Source: Gemmatimonadota bacterium (GTDB taxonomy: Bacteria > Gemmatimonadota > Gemmatimonadetes > Longimicrobiales > Gaopeijiaceae). Taken from it: DNA of 64,000 bases. The stretch lies in assembly GCA_003564295.1 (NCBI GenBank), contig PXFI01000086.1, positions 958-64,957 on the forward strand. The letters run 5' to 3'. The first letter of the stretch is position 1. Every line of letters begins with the position of its first letter. The notes beneath the pieces were generated by a model that saw nothing but the letters and a program-made list of their open reading frames with translations, was not told the DNA's origin and searched no databases. A program made the position numbers and the translations under genes. Below are positions 39,827 through 54,792 of the stretch, one piece after another.

Positions 39827-40194
39827 CAGAGCACCTCCGGGGCCAATGATGCGATCCTCATGTACTTCTTCTCTCTCAGTTCACGTCCCACAGGACCGAA
39901 GATCCGGGTACCCCGGGGCTCGCCCTGGGGGTTGATGAGAACGGCGGCGTTATCGTCGAAACGGATGTAGGTGCCATCCTTTCGACGCATCTCCTTGTTG
40001 GTCCTGACCACCACGGCCCGGGCCACGTCACCCTTCTTCACCGGGGCGTTGGGGATGGCATCCTTCACGGTGACCACCACCACGTCCCCCACCCGGGCAT
40101 ACCGCCGGCGGGATCCACCCAGGACGCGGATCACCAGAGCCCTCTTGGCCCCGGTGTTGTCGGCAATCCTGAGAATCGACTCCTGCTGAATCAT
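39826..40194 (-). CDS. rplN: 50S ribosomal protein L14
   Basis: [17 protein letters not shown]......[13 protein letters not shown]. Confidence 0.96.
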   Translation of the reverse strand: MIQQESILRIADNTGAKRALVIRVLGGSRRRYARVGDVVVVTVKDAIPNAPVKKGDVARAVVVRTNKEMRRKDGTYIRFDDNAAVLINPQGEPRGTRIFGPVGRELREKKYMRIASLAPEVL

Positions 40195-40224
40195 CGCTCT
40201 GAGCTCCGATGGTCCGGTCCGGTG

Positions 40225-40515
40225 CTATTCGGGCCGTTCGATCAACTCCGCCACCCGCCACCTCTTGGTCTTCGAGAGAGGACGCGTCTCCACGATCCTT
40301 ACCATGTCGCCCACACGGTACTCGTTACTCTCGTCATGGGCATGGTACTTCTTATTCTTCCCGACCCGTTTTCCGTACAGGGGATGGGAGAAGCGCCGCT
40401 CCACCTGGACCGTCACGGTCTTGTCGGCCCTGGCGCTTACGATGATGCCGATCCGGGCCTTCCGGCTGTTGCGCTCCGCCTGGTCCTGGGAGGTCATATC
40501 CTGGTTCTCAGCCAT
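40225..40515 (-). CDS. rpsQ: 30S ribosomal protein S17
   Basis: G.V.S....KT..V.VER...HPLYGK......KY.AHDE. Confidence 0.93.
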   Translation of the reverse strand: MAENQDMTSQDQAERNSRKARIGIIVSARADKTVTVQVERRFSHPLYGKRVGKNKKYHAHDESNEYRVGDMVRIVETRPLSKTKRWRVAELIERPE

Positions 40516-40525
40516 GTCTCACCAA

Positions 40526-40726
40526 CTAGCTCTGCCGGGCGAGCTCACGCTCGCGGAGGATTGTCTTCATCCGGGCGATGTCCCGGCGGATCTGCGTGAG
40601 GATCTTCGGATTCTCGAGCTGCATGGTGCTGCTCCGGAGCCGGAGGCGGAATTGCTCCTCCTTCAACTCTCGGATGCGCTCCTGAATCTCGTCGTCCGTC
40701 AGATCCCGAACGTCCTGGGGTCTCAT
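40526..40726 (-). CDS. rpmC: 50S ribosomal protein L29
   Basis: 66 aa. LTDDEIQERIRELKEEQFRLR and IRRDIARMKT. Confidence 0.92.
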   Translation of the reverse strand: MRPQDVRDLTDDEIQERIRELKEEQFRLRLRSSTMQLENPKILTQIRRDIARMKTILRERELARQS

Positions 40727-40739
40727 GCGTCTCGATCTC

Positions 40740-41159
40740 CTAGCCCAGCTCGCGCTCCCGCACCACGAAGCGGGTCTTGATGGGAAGCTTGGCGGCGGCC
40801 AGCTCCATGGCCCTCTCGGCCACGCTCTCCGACACCCCTTCCAGCTCGAACATGATGCGTCCTGGCTTCACCACAGCCACCCAACCCTCCGGGTTGCCCT
40901 TCCCCTTCCCCATCCGGGTCTCGGCGGGCTTCCGGGTAATGGGCTTGTCCGGGAAGATCCGAATCCAGACCTTACCGCCCCTCTTGATGTGCCGAGTCAT
41001 GGCCACCCGGGCCGCCTCGATCTGCCGGTTGGTGATCCAGGACGCCTCCTGGGCCTGGAGGCCGTATTCCCCGAAGGAAACCCGGTTCCCCCGAGTGGCC
41101 CTACCCCGCATTCGTCCCTTCTGCATCTTCCTGAACTTCACCCTCTTGGGCGCTAGCAT
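40740..41159 (-). CDS. rplP: 50S ribosomal protein L16
   Basis: [32 protein letters not shown]. Confidence 0.96.
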   Translation of the reverse strand: MLAPKRVKFRKMQKGRMRGRATRGNRVSFGEYGLQAQEASWITNRQIEAARVAMTRHIKRGGKVWIRIFPDKPITRKPAETRMGKGKGNPEGWVAVVKPGRIMFELEGVSESVAERAMELAAAKLPIKTRFVVRERELG

Positions 41160-41235
41160 CTTCTATCGGTCCCTGCTCGTTGGTTCATGCGGCTCGATCG
41201 CTCAGGCTCCCCACGCCATTCCTGTCGTAGCGAAG

Positions 41236-41901
41236 CTATTTCGCCCCTCCGGCCGAATAGGTCCTTCCGGTCCGGTCCTCCACCACCTCACCCTTGAAGA
41301 TCCAACACTTGACCCCCACCGTGCCGTAGGTCGTGATGGCCGGCACGGACGCATAGTCGATGTCGGCCCGGAGGGTGTGAAGGGGCACCCGTCCCTCGTT
41401 GTACCCCTCGGTCCGGGCGATCTCGGCTCCTCCCAGCCGGCCGGCACACTGGATCTTGATTCCTTCGGCGCCGGTTCGGATGGCGGCCTGCACCGCCCTC
41501 TTCATGGCCCGGCGGAAGGAGATCCGTTGCTTGATCTGGTGAGCGACATTCTCGGCCACCAATCGAGCATCGATCTCGGGACGCTTGATCTCCTCCACGT
41601 TCACGCTGACCTCTGACTTCGTGAGTACCGACAGCTCGTCCCTGAGCTTGTCCACCTCCGCCCCTCTCTTCCCGATGACAACACCCGGACGGGCTGTGTG
41701 GAGCGTCACCACGATCTTCGCCGGCTTCCGGTCGATCTCCACTTTGGAGAGAGCCGCATGGTGCAGACGGCGGTGGAGGTACTTCCGGATCGTCTCGTCT
41801 TCCTTGAGCAGCCGTGGAAAGTCTCGTTCCGCGTACCAGCGGGATTTCCAGTCCTTGACGATGCCCAGGCGGAATCCGTGGGGGTGTGTCTTCTGTCCCA
41901 T
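41236..41901 (-). CDS. rpsC: 30S ribosomal protein S3
   Basis: [24 protein letters not shown], a KH domain and [12 protein letters not shown]. Confidence 0.96.
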   Translation of the reverse strand: MGQKTHPHGFRLGIVKDWKSRWYAERDFPRLLKEDETIRKYLHRRLHHAALSKVEIDRKPAKIVVTLHTARPGVVIGKRGAEVDKLRDELSVLTKSEVSVNVEEIKRPEIDARLVAENVAHQIKQRISFRRAMKRAVQAAIRTGAEGIKIQCAGRLGGAEIARTEGYNEGRVPLHTLRADIDYASVPAITTYGTVGVKCWIFKGEVVEDRTGRTYSAGGAK

Positions 41902-41907
41902 CCAGCG

Positions 41908-42258
41908 CTACTCCTTGGTATCCACGATGACGGTGATGTGGCTGGTCCGTTTTCTGATGGGAGCAGCCCGTCCCATGGCTGCGGCCCGCCAGCGGCGGAG
42001 CGTAGCACCCTCGTCCACAAAGGCTTCCCGCACCTGGAGCGTATCCAGATCCAGGACGTCGCCCGACTCCTGCGCCTTGAACTGGGCGTTGGCAACCGCC
42101 GACCGGAGCGTCTTCGAGACCGGACCGGCGGCAGCCTTCTTGGAGTATTGTAGGATCGCGTATGCCTCGTTCACGGTCCGGCCCCTGATCTGATCCACCA
42201 CCAGGCGGACCTTTCTGGGACTCATGCCGATGTCCTTCGCAATGGCCTTGGCTTCCAT
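41908..42258 (-). CDS. rplV: 50S ribosomal protein L22
   Basis: MEAKAIAKDIGMSPRKVRLVVDQIRG. ATG 42258 is preceded by GGAGAG. The ORF-track start at 42279 abuts the rpsS stop. Confidence 0.94.
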   Translation of the reverse strand: MEAKAIAKDIGMSPRKVRLVVDQIRGRTVNEAYAILQYSKKAAAGPVSKTLRSAVANAQFKAQESGDVLDLDTLQVREAFVDEGATLRRWRAAAMGRAAPIRKRTSHITVIVDTKE

Positions 42259-42279
42259 CTTCGGCTCTCCGAACACCAT

Positions 42280-42567
42280 CTAACGGACCTTGGACCGCTT
42301 GTCGGCAAGCTTCCCACCATGGCCTCGGAAGAGGCGTGTCGGTGCGAATTCGCCGAGCTTGTGGCCCACCATGTTCTCCGTGACGTACACCGGGATGAAC
42401 TTGTTTCCGTTGTGGACGGCCACGGTATGGCCCACGAACTCGGGAGAGATCGTAGACCGGCGAGACCAGGTCTTGATGACCTTCCTCTCGTTCCGGGAGT
42501 TCATCTCCACGACCCGCTCCAGGAGCTTCGTCTCGATGTAGGGACCTTTCTTAACGCTACGCGGCAT
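42280..42567 (-). CDS. rpsS: 30S ribosomal protein S19
   Basis: [11 protein letters not shown]......[20 protein letters not shown]. Confidence 0.96.
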   Translation of the reverse strand: MPRSVKKGPYIETKLLERVVEMNSRNERKVIKTWSRRSTISPEFVGHTVAVHNGNKFIPVYVTENMVGHKLGEFAPTRLFRGHGGKLADKRSKVR

Positions 42568-42609
42568 CTCAGCTGACCTCTCTGCACAAAGGGGTTCCGG
42601 CCACCATGA

Positions 42610-43452
42610 TCATGACCGGGTTGCCTTTCCCCTCTTCCGCCCACGGACGATGTACTTGTTGGAATCCTTCTTACGCTTCCGGGTCTTCTTGCCCTCCACC
42701 TTGCCCCACGGGCTGCAGGGATGGCGACCGCCGGAAGAGCGGCCCTCACCACCACCCAGGGGGTGATCCACAGGGTTCATGACCACGCCCCGGACCTTGG
42801 GCCTGCGGCCCCGCCACCGGTTAGCTCCAGCCTTTCCAAGGGACTGGAGCTCGTGGTCGATGTTGCCCACTTGTCCGATGGTGGCCCGACACTCCTTACG
42901 GATCCGGCGCACTTCCGTGGATGGAAGGCGGAGCGTCACGTAATCCCCCTCCCTGGCCACCAGCTGGACGCCGGTCCCGGCGGAGCGGGCCATCTGGCCA
43001 CCCTTGCCAGGCTTCAACTCCACATTGTGGAGGACCGTGCCCAGGGGGATCTTCTCCATGGGCAGGGAGTTACCCAGCCGGATATCGGCGTCGGGCCCCG
43101 CCTCCACCGTGTCTCCCACCTTCAGCCCCCGAGGATGGAGGATGTAGCGCTTCTCCCCATCGGCGTAGTGAACGAGGGCGATGTTGGCCGAGCGGTTGGG
43201 ATCGTACTCGATCTCGGCCACCGTTCCCTTGATCCCCACCTTGTCCCGTCTGAAATCCACCAGGCGGTAACGTCTCTTGTGGCCACCACCCCTGCGGCGC
43301 ACGGTTATGTGGCCCTGGTGGTTCCGGCCGCCGGATCCCTTGAGGGGCTCGGTGAGGGAACGCTCGGGCCCCTTCCGGGTGAGCTCCTCACCGGAGGTCA
43401 CGGAGCGGGAGCGGGATCCCGGCGTCACGGGTTTGAATTTCTTCAACGGCAT
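42610..43452 (-). CDS. rplB: 50S ribosomal protein L2
   Basis: Start trimmed to ATG 43452: [16 protein letters not shown]. Also GGGHKRRYR and [14 protein letters not shown]. Confidence 0.96.
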   Translation of the reverse strand: MPLKKFKPVTPGSRSRSVTSGEELTRKGPERSLTEPLKGSGGRNHQGHITVRRRGGGHKRRYRLVDFRRDKVGIKGTVAEIEYDPNRSANIALVHYADGEKRYILHPRGLKVGDTVEAGPDADIRLGNSLPMEKIPLGTVLHNVELKPGKGGQMARSAGTGVQLVAREGDYVTLRLPSTEVRRIRKECRATIGQVGNIDHELQSLGKAGANRWRGRRPKVRGVVMNPVDHPLGGGEGRSSGGRHPCSPWGKVEGKKTRKRKKDSNKYIVRGRKRGKATRS

Positions 43453-43462
43453 GGCTCTGTCC

Positions 43463-43774
43463 TCAGCCGACCTCGTAGAACTCGATGTGATCACCCTGTG
43501 CCAGCTGAACCACCGCCTTCTTGAAAGACGGCCTCCGGCCCAGGGACCAGTTCTTGTGGATGCGTCCCAGGATGGACCGCTTGGCCTTCCCGGAGTAGCG
43601 CATGGTCCGGACGTCCAGAACGGTCACGTCCCAGGTCTTCTCCACGGCCCGGGCGATCTCGTGTTTGTTGGCGTCCTTGTTGACGATGAACGTGTAGACG
43701 TTTCTGCCTTCCATCTGGCCAGTGGTCTTCTCTGTGACCACGGGCCTCACGATGACGTCGAAGCTCTCACGCAT
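43463..43774 (-). CDS. rplW: 50S ribosomal protein L23
   Basis: Start trimmed to ATG 43774: [17 protein letters not shown]... 8-nt overlap with the rplD end. Confidence 0.93.
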   Translation of the reverse strand: MRESFDVIVRPVVTEKTTGQMEGRNVYTFIVNKDANKHEIARAVEKTWDVTVLDVRTMRYSGKAKRSILGRIHKNWSLGRRPSFKKAVVQLAQGDHIEFYEVG

Positions 43775-44414
43775 CGCCGTCCTCCTCCTTATGGCCGGGC
43801 ACGCCCTGGGCATTCTCCAGGGCTTCCTGCTCAATGACCACCGTGGTGGCCCAGACGATGTCGTAGACCGACTCCTGGCCGAAAGGACGGACCTCCACGT
43901 TGGGAAGATTCCGAGCCGAGAGGTACACGGCCTCCTTGGGACCATCGGTCAGAAGGAGGACCTTGCCCCGGGCCTCGATGGCCTCCAGGTACTTTCGGAG
44001 CTCGGCGGTCTTGGGAGCCGTCATGTTGAGGGCATCCACGAGAACCACTCGATCCTCCTCGGCCCTGGCGTTGAAAGCCGAGCGGCGTGCGAGCCCCTTC
44101 AGCTTCTTGGGAACCTTCTGGTTCCAACTGCCGGGGATAGGCGGAAACGCCACCCCGCCCCCCTTCCACTGGACCGCCCGAATGGTTCCCTGACGGGCCC
44201 GGCCGGTTCCCTTCTGCCGCCACGGCTTCCGGCCACCGCCGGCCACCTGCCCCCGGGACTTGGCGGCGGCAGTGCCCTGGCGCTGGTTGGCCAGGTAGGC
44301 CTTCACCACCTGGTGGATGGCCCCCTCGTTCACGACCCCGTCGAAGAGCCAGGCCGGGAGGTCCCGGGCTTCACCCTTCTCGCCGTCGGTCTGGTAGTAC
44401 GCAGCCTTGTACAT
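43767..44414 (-). CDS. rplD: 50S ribosomal protein L4
   Basis: QRQGTAAAKSRGQVAGGGRKPWRQKGTGRARQG. Confidence 0.95.
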   Translation of the reverse strand: MYKAAYYQTDGEKGEARDLPAWLFDGVVNEGAIHQVVKAYLANQRQGTAAAKSRGQVAGGGRKPWRQKGTGRARQGTIRAVQWKGGGVAFPPIPGSWNQKVPKKLKGLARRSAFNARAEEDRVVLVDALNMTAPKTAELRKYLEAIEARGKVLLLTDGPKEAVYLSARNLPNVEVRPFGQESVYDIVWATTVVIEQEALENAQGVPGHKEEDGDA

Positions 44415-44417
44415 GCG

Positions 44418-45035
44418 TCACTTCGTAATGAGGACGTAACTGTTTCGGGACCCGGGAATACCGCCCTTCAGAAAGAGCAGGTTCCGCTCGGGATCCACCT
44501 TCACCACCTGGAGATTGCGGACCGTCGTCCGGACATTCCCCATCTGCCCCGGGAGTTTCTTGCCCTTGATGACCCTAGAGGGGTCCGTCCCGGGCCCCAT
44601 GGAGCCCGGAATCCTGGACTTCGGATGCCCGTGTGACCCGGGACGGCCCGCGAAGCCATGCCGCTTCATAGCACCCTGGAAGCCGCGGCCCTTGGAGGTG
44701 CCCGTGACCTTGACCGACTCGCCGACTTCGAAGATCTCCACGGTAATGCTCTGGCCCGGTTCGTATTCCCGGCTTTCCGCCGGAGCGAACTCCCGGAGGA
44801 TGGCTGGGGCAGCCTCCAGGTCGGCCCTCAGCGCGTGACCCACCTCCGCTTTAGTGGAGTGCTTCGCCTTCCGGGCGCCGAAACCCAACTGGACGGCCCG
44901 GTATCCGTCGGTCTCTTCGGTCTTCACCTGGACCACGGAGCAGGGCCCGGCCTCCACCACGGTCACGGGCACCGCCAACCCATCCTCATTGAAGACCCGG
45001 GTCATCCCGACCTTTCTACCAATCAGCCCGGCCAT
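44418..45035 (-). CDS. rplC: 50S ribosomal protein L3
   Basis: [15 protein letters not shown] and [15 protein letters not shown]. Confidence 0.96.
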   Translation of the reverse strand: MAGLIGRKVGMTRVFNEDGLAVPVTVVEAGPCSVVQVKTEETDGYRAVQLGFGARKAKHSTKAEVGHALRADLEAAPAILREFAPAESREYEPGQSITVEIFEVGESVKVTGTSKGRGFQGAMKRHGFAGRPGSHGHPKSRIPGSMGPGTDPSRVIKGKKLPGQMGNVRTTVRNLQVVKVDPERNLLFLKGGIPGSRNSYVLITK

Positions 45036-45038
45036 CGC

Positions 45039-45347
45039 TCAGTCAACCTTGATTTCGACATCCACGCCTGCCGGAAGGTCGAGCTTCGTCAGGGCGTCGA
45101 TGGTCTGGGGACGACTGTCCAATATGTCAATAAGCCTCTTGTGGGTCCGAAGCTCAAACTGCTCCCGGCTCTTCTTGTCGATGTGCGGAGACCGAAGGAC
45201 GGTCCATCGCTGCCGCCGGGTAGGAAGCGGAATGGGCCCGCGAACGGACGCACCCGTCTTCTGGGCTGTCCGGACGATGTCCGCCGCCGTCTGATCCACC
45301 ACCCAGTGGTCAAAGGCCTTGAGTCGAATTCGAATCCTGCCAGCCAT
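45039..45347 (-). CDS. rpsJ: 30S ribosomal protein S10
   Basis: [12 protein letters not shown]......V..A...GA.V.GPIPLPT. Confidence 0.96.
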   Translation of the reverse strand: MAGRIRIRLKAFDHWVVDQTAADIVRTAQKTGASVRGPIPLPTRRQRWTVLRSPHIDKKSREQFELRTHKRLIDILDSRPQTIDALTKLDLPAGVDVEIKVD

Positions 45348-45671
45348 TCGGTTTCCTCGTGTATGCGTTCGCCGCGGGACAGACCCCGCAACCCCGCTTC
45401 GCTACAGGCGCCATGTCATCTCCGCTCCGGCCCTGGAGGGTCTCTCGGCGAGAGCCTCAGGGCCGGCACAGAGCCGCCTTCCTCATTATGCCTTCCTGAC
45501 CTCGGCCGCAGGCACCGCAGCGGTACTCCGTGATCCGCCCGGCGTCGAGACCGACACTTCCACCATCAAGGATTCGGTTCCGGGGCTCCTCGGAGCGGGG
45601 CTCGCATCGGAACGATGCAGAGCGAAGCGCCCCCGCGAAGGCGACCCGCCGGACCCGGCCCTGTACCGCTC

Positions 45672-46877
<1,206 letters not shown>

Positions 46878-46936
46878 CGCTCTTCCTCATACGGTGTTGA
46901 CGTTTTCTTCTCGGGTCGCTTCGAAACTCTCGATCG

Positions 46937-49030
46937 TTATCGGCCACCACTGATCACGATACCGTTGGCCTTGTTCTGGGGGACCTCTTCATAGTGAGAG
47001 AACTCCATGGTGAAGACCGCCCGACCCTGGCTGAGGGAACGGAGGGTGGTGGAGTAGCCGAACATCTCACCCAGGGGAACCGATGCCCCGATCACCTGAG
47101 CATCGCCCCGGTCCGTCATTCCCCCGATCCGCCCCCGACGGGAGGACAGATCCCCGATGATGTCACCCAGGTAGTCGGCGGGGGTGACGACCTCCACATC
47201 CATGATGGGCTCAAGGAGGACCGGTCCGGAGCGCCTCACACCCTCCTTGAGAGCCATGGACCCGGCAATTCTGAAGGCCATCTCGCTGGAGTCCACATCG
47301 TGATAGGAGCCGTCCACCAGCTCCACCTTCACGTCGATGACCGGGTATCCCGCCAGGACGCCGTTCTGGAGAGCGTCCTTGATGCCCTTTTCCACCGAGC
47401 CGATGTACTCCCGGGGGATGGCCCCCCCCGCGACCTTGTCCACGAAGAGGAATCCGACTCCCGGATCCGTGGGCTCGATGTTGATGATCACATGCCCATA
47501 CTGGCCCCGCCCACCCGTCTGGCGGACGAATCTCCCCTCCACATTCTCGGTCCGATGACGTATCGTCTCCCTGAGGGCCACCTGGGGGCGGCCTATGTTG
47601 GCGTCCACCACGAATTCCCGCCGGAGCCGGTCCACGATGATCTCCAGGTGGAGCTCACCCATCCCGTTGATGATGGTCTGGCCCGTCTCCGGGTCCGTGT
47701 GAACCCGGAAGGTGGGATCCTCGTCGGTCAGCTTGCCGAGGCCGCTCGAAAGCTTGTCCTGGTCAGCCTTCGTCTTCGGCTCGATGGCCACGGCGATGAC
47801 CGGCTCCGGAAACCTCATGGCCTCCAGGATGATGGGTTGGCCCGGATCGCAGATGGTATCTCCGGTCTTAACGTCCTTGAGACCGATGGCAGCGGCGATG
47901 TCTCCAGCGAACACCTCCTGTCGCTCTTCCCGCTTGTTGGCGTGCATCTGAAGAATGCGGCCAAGACGCTCCTTCCGTCCCTTCGTGGCGTTCAGAACCT
48001 GGGAGCCGGCAGCGATGGATCCCGAATACACACGGAAGAAGGTGAGCTTCCCCACGTAGGTATCCGTCATGAGCTTGAAGGCGAGAGCACTGAAGGGGGC
48101 GTCGTCCCTGGCCTCCCGCACCTCCCGCGTCTCGTCGTGGAGAGGGAGATGGCCTTGGATGGGAGGAATGTCGAGGGGTGAGGGAAGGTAATCGATGACT
48201 CCGTCCAGGAGAGCCTGAATGCCCTTGTTCTTGAAGGCTGAGCCGCAGAACACCGGAAAGACGTTTCCCGAAAGGGTGGCCGCCCTGATGGCCTTGCGAA
48301 CCTCCTCCTCCGTCAGCTCTTCACCACTCAGGTACTTCTCCAGGAGCCCGTCATCATGTTCCACGGCCGTTTCCACCAGTGCGTGGCGGAGGGCGGTCGC
48401 CTTGTCCATCAGAGAATCGGGAATCTCACAACGCATGAACCTGGAGCCCAGCTCGTCCTCGTAGACAACGGCCGTCATGCTGACCAGATCCACGACCCCG
48501 GTGAAGAGGTCGGCCACACCCAGAGGGTATTGGACGGGGAGAGCATTGGCCCCGAGGCGGTCTCTCATCGTCCCCACCACATGGTCGAAATCGGCACCGG
48601 TGCGATCCATCTTGTTGACGAAGGCGATCCTGGGCACACGGTAGCGATCGGCTTGCCGCCACACCGTCTCCGACTGGGGCTCCACACCGCCGACGCCGCA
48701 GAAAACGGCGATGGCCCCGTCAAGCACCCGAAGAGACCTCTCCACCTCAGCGGTGAAATCCACGTGCCCGGGAGTGTCGATGATGTTGATCCGGTAGTCG
48801 GCGCCGTTCCTGAGCCAGTAGGTCGTGGTTGCGGCCGAGGTAATGGTGATCCCCCGCTCCTGCTCCTGTTCCATCCAGTCCATGGTGGCGGCACCATCGT
48901 GCACCTCCCCCATCCGATGGACCCGGCCTGTATAGAACAGGATCCTCTCGGTGGTGGTGGTCTTACCGGCATCGATGTGGGCCATGATGCCGATGTTCCT
49001 GAGGTGCCGTAGCGGCGTATTCCTGGGCAT
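46937..49030 (-). CDS. fusA: Elongation factor G
   Basis: Start trimmed to ATG 49030: [31 protein letters not shown]. Also DTPGHVDF and NKMDR. Confidence 0.97.
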   Translation of the reverse strand: MPRNTPLRHLRNIGIMAHIDAGKTTTTERILFYTGRVHRMGEVHDGAATMDWMEQEQERGITITSAATTTYWLRNGADYRINIIDTPGHVDFTAEVERSLRVLDGAIAVFCGVGGVEPQSETVWRQADRYRVPRIAFVNKMDRTGADFDHVVGTMRDRLGANALPVQYPLGVADLFTGVVDLVSMTAVVYEDELGSRFMRCEIPDSLMDKATALRHALVETAVEHDDGLLEKYLSGEELTEEEVRKAIRAATLSGNVFPVFCGSAFKNKGIQALLDGVIDYLPSPLDIPPIQGHLPLHDETREVREARDDAPFSALAFKLMTDTYVGKLTFFRVYSGSIAAGSQVLNATKGRKERLGRILQMHANKREERQEVFAGDIAAAIGLKDVKTGDTICDPGQPIILEAMRFPEPVIAVAIEPKTKADQDKLSSGLGKLTDEDPTFRVHTDPETGQTIINGMGELHLEIIVDRLRREFVVDANIGRPQVALRETIRHRTENVEGRFVRQTGGRGQYGHVIINIEPTDPGVGFLFVDKVAGGAIPREYIGSVEKGIKDALQNGVLAGYPVIDVKVELVDGSYHDVDSSEMAFRIAGSMALKEGVRRSGPVLLEPIMDVEVVTPADYLGDIIGDLSSRRGRIGGMTDRGDAQVIGASVPLGEMFGYSTTLRSLSQGRAVFTMEFSHYEEVPQNKANGIVISGGR

Positions 49031-49076
49031 GGACTGCCGATCTCTTCTCTCTTGCCTTTCCTGGTGGTCACGCTTC

Positions 49077-49233
49077 AAAAAAAATCAAGGAGCGGCGAAA
49101 CAGTCTACTGGGGCTCGCCTGCCCCCGTCTTCACATCGTTCCTCTTCGGGACCGGGGGCGTGGGCAGCCAGGGCGAGACATGGAGGAGTCGTTCCCGAGA
49201 GTCTCCTGGCCCCTTCCTGTTTCGGCGCTCCTT
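49077..49233 (-). promoter_or_regulatory. Large stem-closed RNA element ending in a U8 tract (putative attenuator/terminator or structured leader) between rpsG and fusA
   Basis: Minus-sense AAGGAGCGCCGAAACAG (49233-49217) pairs with CUGUUUCGCCGCUCCUU (49103-49087). 16 of 17 positions pair, with one C-C mismatch, enclosing 113 nt. It is followed by GA and then UUUUUUUU (49084-49077), 46 nt before the fusA ATG. Confidence 0.5.
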
Positions 49234-49286
49234 CGTCAGGAGGCCTGCCTCTGGCCTATACGACCAAAGACCCGGTCGATCTCGCT

Positions 49287-49757
49287 CTACCAGCGATAGT
49301 GTGCGAACGCCTTGTTAGCCTCCGCCATCCGGTGAGTGTCGTCCTTCTTCTTGATGGTCGAGCCCTCACCACGGCTCGCCGCCATGAGCTCCCCGGCAAG
49401 CCGGTCCGCCATGGTCTTTTCGCCCCGCTTTCTGGCGAACCCGATGAGCCATCGGATGGCCAATGCGGTGCGGCGTTCAGGACGGACTTCAATGGGGACC
49501 TGATAGGTCGCCCCACCCACCCGGCGACTCTTCACCTCGAGAGCCGGCTTGGCGTTGGTGAGAGCCGTCCGAAACACGTTGATCCCCGGCTGACCCGTCT
49601 TCTCCTCCGCGATTTCGATAGCGTCGTAGAAGATGCTCTCGGCCACGGACTTCTTGCCACCCATCATGAGGGCATTGATGAACTTCGTGGCCGTGGTGGA
49701 CTCGAAGCGGGGATCCGCCTCCACCTCTCTCCGTTCTGTCCTGGTACGCCGACTCAT
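49287..49757 (-). CDS. rpsG: 30S ribosomal protein S7
   Basis: MSRR......R....DP.F.......KFIN.LM..GKKS.AE.I.Y.A, ending ..AFAHYRW. Confidence 0.96.
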   Translation of the reverse strand: MSRRTRTERREVEADPRFESTTATKFINALMMGGKKSVAESIFYDAIEIAEEKTGQPGINVFRTALTNAKPALEVKSRRVGGATYQVPIEVRPERRTALAIRWLIGFARKRGEKTMADRLAGELMAASRGEGSTIKKKDDTHRMAEANKAFAHYRW

Positions 49758-49785
49758 GGCTTGTCTTCAGACCTCTCTGGCAACC

Positions 49786-50157
49786 CTACTTGGGTCGCTT
49801 GGCCCCGTACTTGGAACGTCCCTGCCGGCGATCCGACACCCCGGAGCTGTCCAGCGTGCCCCGGATGATGTGGTAACGCACCCCCGGAAGGTCTTTTACA
49901 CGTCCCCCGCGGATGAGCACGATGGAGTGCTCCTGCAAATTGTGACCCTCCCCCCCGATGTATGAGGTCACCTCGAAGCCGTTGGTCAACCGGACACGGG
50001 CCACCTTCCGAAGCGCCGAGTTCGGCTTCTTCGGGGTGGTGGTGTACACCCGGGTGCAGACCCCTCTCCTCTGGGGGTTCTTCTGCAGGGCCGGGGCCTT
50101 GTTCTTCTTCTGAACGGCCTGTCGACCCTTCCGGACGAGTTGGTTGATGGTCGGCAT
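49786..50157 (-). CDS. rpsL: 30S ribosomal protein S12
   Basis: Start trimmed to ATG 50157: [12 protein letters not shown]. Also [17 protein letters not shown] and [12 protein letters not shown]. Confidence 0.97.
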   Translation of the reverse strand: MPTINQLVRKGRQAVQKKNKAPALQKNPQRRGVCTRVYTTTPKKPNSALRKVARVRLTNGFEVTSYIGGEGHNLQEHSIVLIRGGRVKDLPGVRYHIIRGTLDSSGVSDRRQGRSKYGAKRPK

Positions 50158-50178
50158 ACGCTCCGGGCCTTCCAGGTG

Positions 50179-50200
50179 AAAAAAACGCCCTGAAGGGCGT
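50179..50200 (-). terminator. Canonical hairpin plus U-tract in the rpsL leader (intrinsic terminator/attenuator candidate)
   Basis: Minus-sense ACGCCC-UUCA-GGGCGU followed by UUUUUU. It ends 21 nt before the rpsL ATG and lies downstream of the candidate promoter at 50255-50283. Confidence 0.5.
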
Positions 50201-50254
50201 AGGGTCCTGCGTGCCCCCGGCACCGTGCCGGAAAGGCAGCGATAGAGACCTGAT

Positions 50255-50283
50255 AAGCTAAAAGAGGGTCGAAAGGGTGTCAA
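50255..50283 (-). promoter_or_regulatory. Sigma70-like promoter candidate for the rpsL (str) operon
   Basis: Minus-sense TTGACA, a 17-nt spacer, then TAGCTT. Located ~100 nt upstream of the rpsL ATG. Confidence 0.45.
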
Positions 50284-50347
50284 CGGCGAAACGGGGAATA
50301 ACCACGACGGAAGGCAAATTGAACCGAATCGCCCGGGGCAGAATCCA

Positions 50348-50374
50348 GGGGGGGGCACCCGAGGGTGCCCCCCC
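50348..50374 (-). terminator. GC-rich hairpin directly after rpoC (terminator-like, no U-tract)
   Basis: Minus-sense GGGGGGGCAC-ccucgg-GUGCCCCCCC starts ~12 nt after the rpoC stop. It is followed by UGGAUUCUGCC, not a U run. Confidence 0.35.
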
Positions 50375-50386
50375 TACAGGCCCAGA

Positions 50387-54724
<4,338 letters not shown>

Positions 54725-54792
54725 CCGTCCGTCACCCAATCGTTGTAAGGGGTGTCCTGCCCTTCATCCTCGACTCCACCCTGGTGGGAGGC

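Noticed and set aside
41226-41236. Third occurrence of part of the shared spacer motif (GTAGCGAAGC), at the rpsC-rplP junction.
   Set aside because: Only 10 nt match. The copy is in the opposite orientation to the other two and reaches the rpsC stop codon. A match of this length is plausible by chance in a window this size, so it is not counted as a motif copy.
50348-50374. GC-rich hairpin after rpoC as a classical rho-independent terminator.
   Set aside because: The stem is strong, but no U-tract follows it. It is kept only as a low-confidence terminator-like or stability hairpin. The canonical hairpin plus U-tract is the separate one at 50179-50200.
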